Assembly: GCA_051294905.1 (NCBI GenBank)
Contig: CM119376.1
Location: forward strand, 12,586,001-12,650,000
Origin: Botryllus schlosseri
Taxonomy: Eukaryota
DNA length: 64,000 nucleotides
Reading direction: 5' to 3'
Shown: positions 61,245 to 64,000 of the stretch, piece by piece
Layout of the letters: every line of letters starts with the position of its first letter
Numbering within the stretch: position 1 is the first letter of the stretch
The notes under the pieces: model-generated
Database searches by the model: none
What the model was told of the DNA's origin: nothing
What the model saw: the letters and a program-made list of their open reading frames with translations, nothing else
Translations under genes and position numbers: made by a program

Positions 61245-61754
61245 TAGGGCTGGGCACAATGATTCGAGTACTCGAATCTGAATCGACTATTTATTTTAAT
61301 GATTCGAGTCGAGTAGTAAAAGACGATCTTTTCGAGTACTAAAATGTTACGCTCCTCGCCACTGGATGTTTATATGCTAACGATGATTACAGTTTTGATA
61401 CTATTTTCCACTGAGGAAGCTTCGAAACCTTGATTGGCTGTGTCGCAGCATACGGAACATAGTACAAAGCTACGAACGTTACTGGAATTCACACATCTCT
61501 GAATTCATGGTCACCCCACAACATTGTCAAGAAGTGCAACGACATCGGTATGGTCGAAAAAATACCAAGGTATCTTTAATGGGACGGATAACAGGCATAA
61601 TGTTCTTTGTGGTGGCCTAAAATGGACGTATTTGAACTTTGACATAGTACATTCGGTTGTGACGTCATAATACGTGATACTCGATTACTCGACTCGAAGC
61701 GTAATACGTGATTCAGAATCGAATCACTCTGGTACTCGATTTTGCCCAGCCCTA
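61245..61754. mobile_element. hAT MITE (510 bp)
   Basis: TIRs TAGGGCTGGGCA / TGCCCAGCCCTA and perfect 8-bp TSD GTTATGAT. Confidence 0.92.
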
Positions 61755-63512
61755 GTTATGATCGTTTGTGAAAAGGCAGTCGATTGCTCTTTGCTCAAGT
61801 TTGACAGACAGTATCACTGACCATTTGTACTCAAAGCTCATTCTACTGAATCCGTCATATCGTGACAGAATCTCTCTGCGTTGACAAACGATGGAAATTT
61901 GTTAGAAAACCACCAACTTGCCACATCGTACATTACCGATTTTACTGAGTCACATCAAGCGCAACGCTACTGCACGTTGTCTACGATTTCGAACTCGACG
62001 CAAGCCAACCGAAAACAATGTATGACGAATCTATGACATATGTCATGTGATCACGCTCAAACGTGACTCAAATTTTAAAACATGTACGCGCCCGCATCGT
62101 CCAGCAGCAACTATAACGTACAAGTTTGAAATTGAGGCTGTTCACAACGCCGCCATGTCCGACCGCGGTAGCATTAAGATGCGTCAAAATAGAAGACGAA
62201 TGCACTGAATGAAGGGGATTACGATAACCGCTATTGTTGCTGTATTGTGGCGAAAATTGCAGCAAAATACTTGACAGCTGCAAGATGATTGACCTCGTCA
62301 GGATGCGTAGCAAGCGGTGCAGTAACGACGGCTACTGAGTGAGTAGGTCAATGGCGTGAGCACAGACTCAAAAGCCGTCTCGGCCAACAATTTGGTACTT
62401 CATACATTTACAGTTAGCGCGATTTGTACCATCATTGCCAAAACCTGGACAAAACCTAGTACGTACTATACTGACGTCATAAGAGTTACATTCTTTAAAC
62501 AGTTATAACATCCTGCTTTTCGATAGTCCACATTCAAAACTGAATTAATCGATCCGCCGGGTGATGAAAATAACAAAAATTAATCACCGCATAATCGCAA
62601 ACATGAAATCGGAGATTATATCAGGCAGCATGATATTATAAGACATTGACCAACACGGGGATGTACGAACGCAAAGCGATGCGCTGGCGGTGACGCTTTG
62701 TGTCACCGCGGTTGTTGCAACACAATCAATCGAGGACACGCGAAAACGAAGACTTCCGAAATCGAACGCAGCCGGCTACAAATCGCGGCGAGTCACCGAA
62801 TAATTCGTTTATCGCGCGCGGACGCAAATTGTTTTCCGACAATTTTACGACACCGACCATAATTTATATTAGCGATGCTGTGCGAGGTCGCGGTTATTTT
62901 CTAAAATCTGTAACAATTACGTGATAGTATACGTACGCTGTGGAACAAACAAGTTCCTGGACGTGGGACGTTTATCGCGCACCCGCAAATACCAGAGTCC
63001 ATTTGCGGCACGTGACCAATATTTATTCGCAAATAAAACGACGCTTTAACGCGCGCTGCGCCCCCATTCCGGAATGACATCATTTTTGCTTGCATAAGGC
63101 GTGCTTGGCGTGCAACAACTGGCAAAAATCGCAAACCGGTGCGAGTCAATGGAACAATATGATGTGCGTCCACGCAAAACCCTCCTCCCGTATGTTTACT
63201 GTGAGGTTCAGGTTGGAATTCACCTTATGTCCAAGTGACTATCGGAAGCGGTAAAATTAGACATCGTTGGCACTCAAGAGGCAGTACTAGAAGTAAAGTC
63301 GCGACTTTCTACTCAATTACAAGGGCGGTTTCTAAGACATGTCAAAACTACTCCAACTGGAAATAGAAAAGGAGATTTGAAAAGTACTCATGTATTTTCT
63401 CAAAGTATATTATGTCGACACGTTGCATACGTTTAGTGGACGATCGAAGATGGTTACTTTTGAAAGCGCAGTTTTCCCTGCTAATATTCGTTAAAAAACC
63501 TTGCGTGATAAG

Positions 63513-63930
63513 TAGGGCAAGTTTTTGTTGCACTAAAAACCTGAGAAAGTTGCATTTATTTTTTTAATTTTAACAAAAGTTGCAGAAGTTGCATTTTGAC
63601 CCCATTTTGCTCGGTTGACTATAAAAAAAGGCAATTTTCCAGCTCAGCTCCCGAAATACCCGTGGAAGCGTTATTTCGGTGCTAATTTACGGTGTTTCAG
63701 TCGAATTTGGCCGTGTATTTCACCAAAATCGAAAATACTTTCATGAAAAATCGAAATAGTTGCAAAAATTTGCAAAAAGTTGCATGAAAAAAATGGACAA
63801 AAGTTGCAAAAAGTTGCACTATAAGATTCCTTCAACGGGCTTAAAACAGAATTTTACATATCTTACGAGTATTTAGGAAGCTGCCGGAAGCTGTAAAAAA
63901 AAGTTGCAAAAGTTGCAAAAACTTGCCCTA
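63513..63930. mobile_element. hAT-like MITE (418 bp) with AAAGTTGC arrays
   Basis: TIRs TAGGGCAAGTTTTT / AAAAACTTGCCCTA; flanking direct repeat TGATAAG (7 bp exact). Confidence 0.8.
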
Positions 63931-64000
63931 TGATAAGTATTCACGATATTAACCCTACAAGATCGCTGGAACGTGTTAATGATATGCATAATGATAATAT

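Overview
Eukaryotic (animal) genomic DNA. Short 57-65 nt introns, tightly packed genes and patchy CpG depletion suggest a compact invertebrate genome, possibly a tunicate (inference only). Five protein-coding genes were reconstructed by hand: SFI1 (minus, intronless here, runs off the left edge and is missing from the ORF track), TMEM258 (plus), RAD21 (minus, 14 coding exons), RBM8A/Y14 (minus, intronless, about 420 bp upstream of RAD21) and a NET1/ARHGEF3-type RhoGEF (minus, 8 exons, long N- and C-terminal extensions). The 16-30 kb interval is a graveyard of nested DNA transposons (hAT, PIF/Harbinger) plus a tRNA-derived SINE. The most unusual signals are: (1) four copies of a minimal type I hammerhead ribozyme whose loop II can pair either with its own catalytic core or with an upstream decoy copy of the core, with compensatory base changes between copies; (2) a splice-donor-like site overlapping the RBM8A stop codon that would join RBM8A in frame to RAD21, or alternatively an operon arrangement; (3) several 26-54 bp 'TIR-only' micro-elements with 7-8 bp target-site duplications. 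All coordinates were counted by eye; no database searches or folding programs were run.
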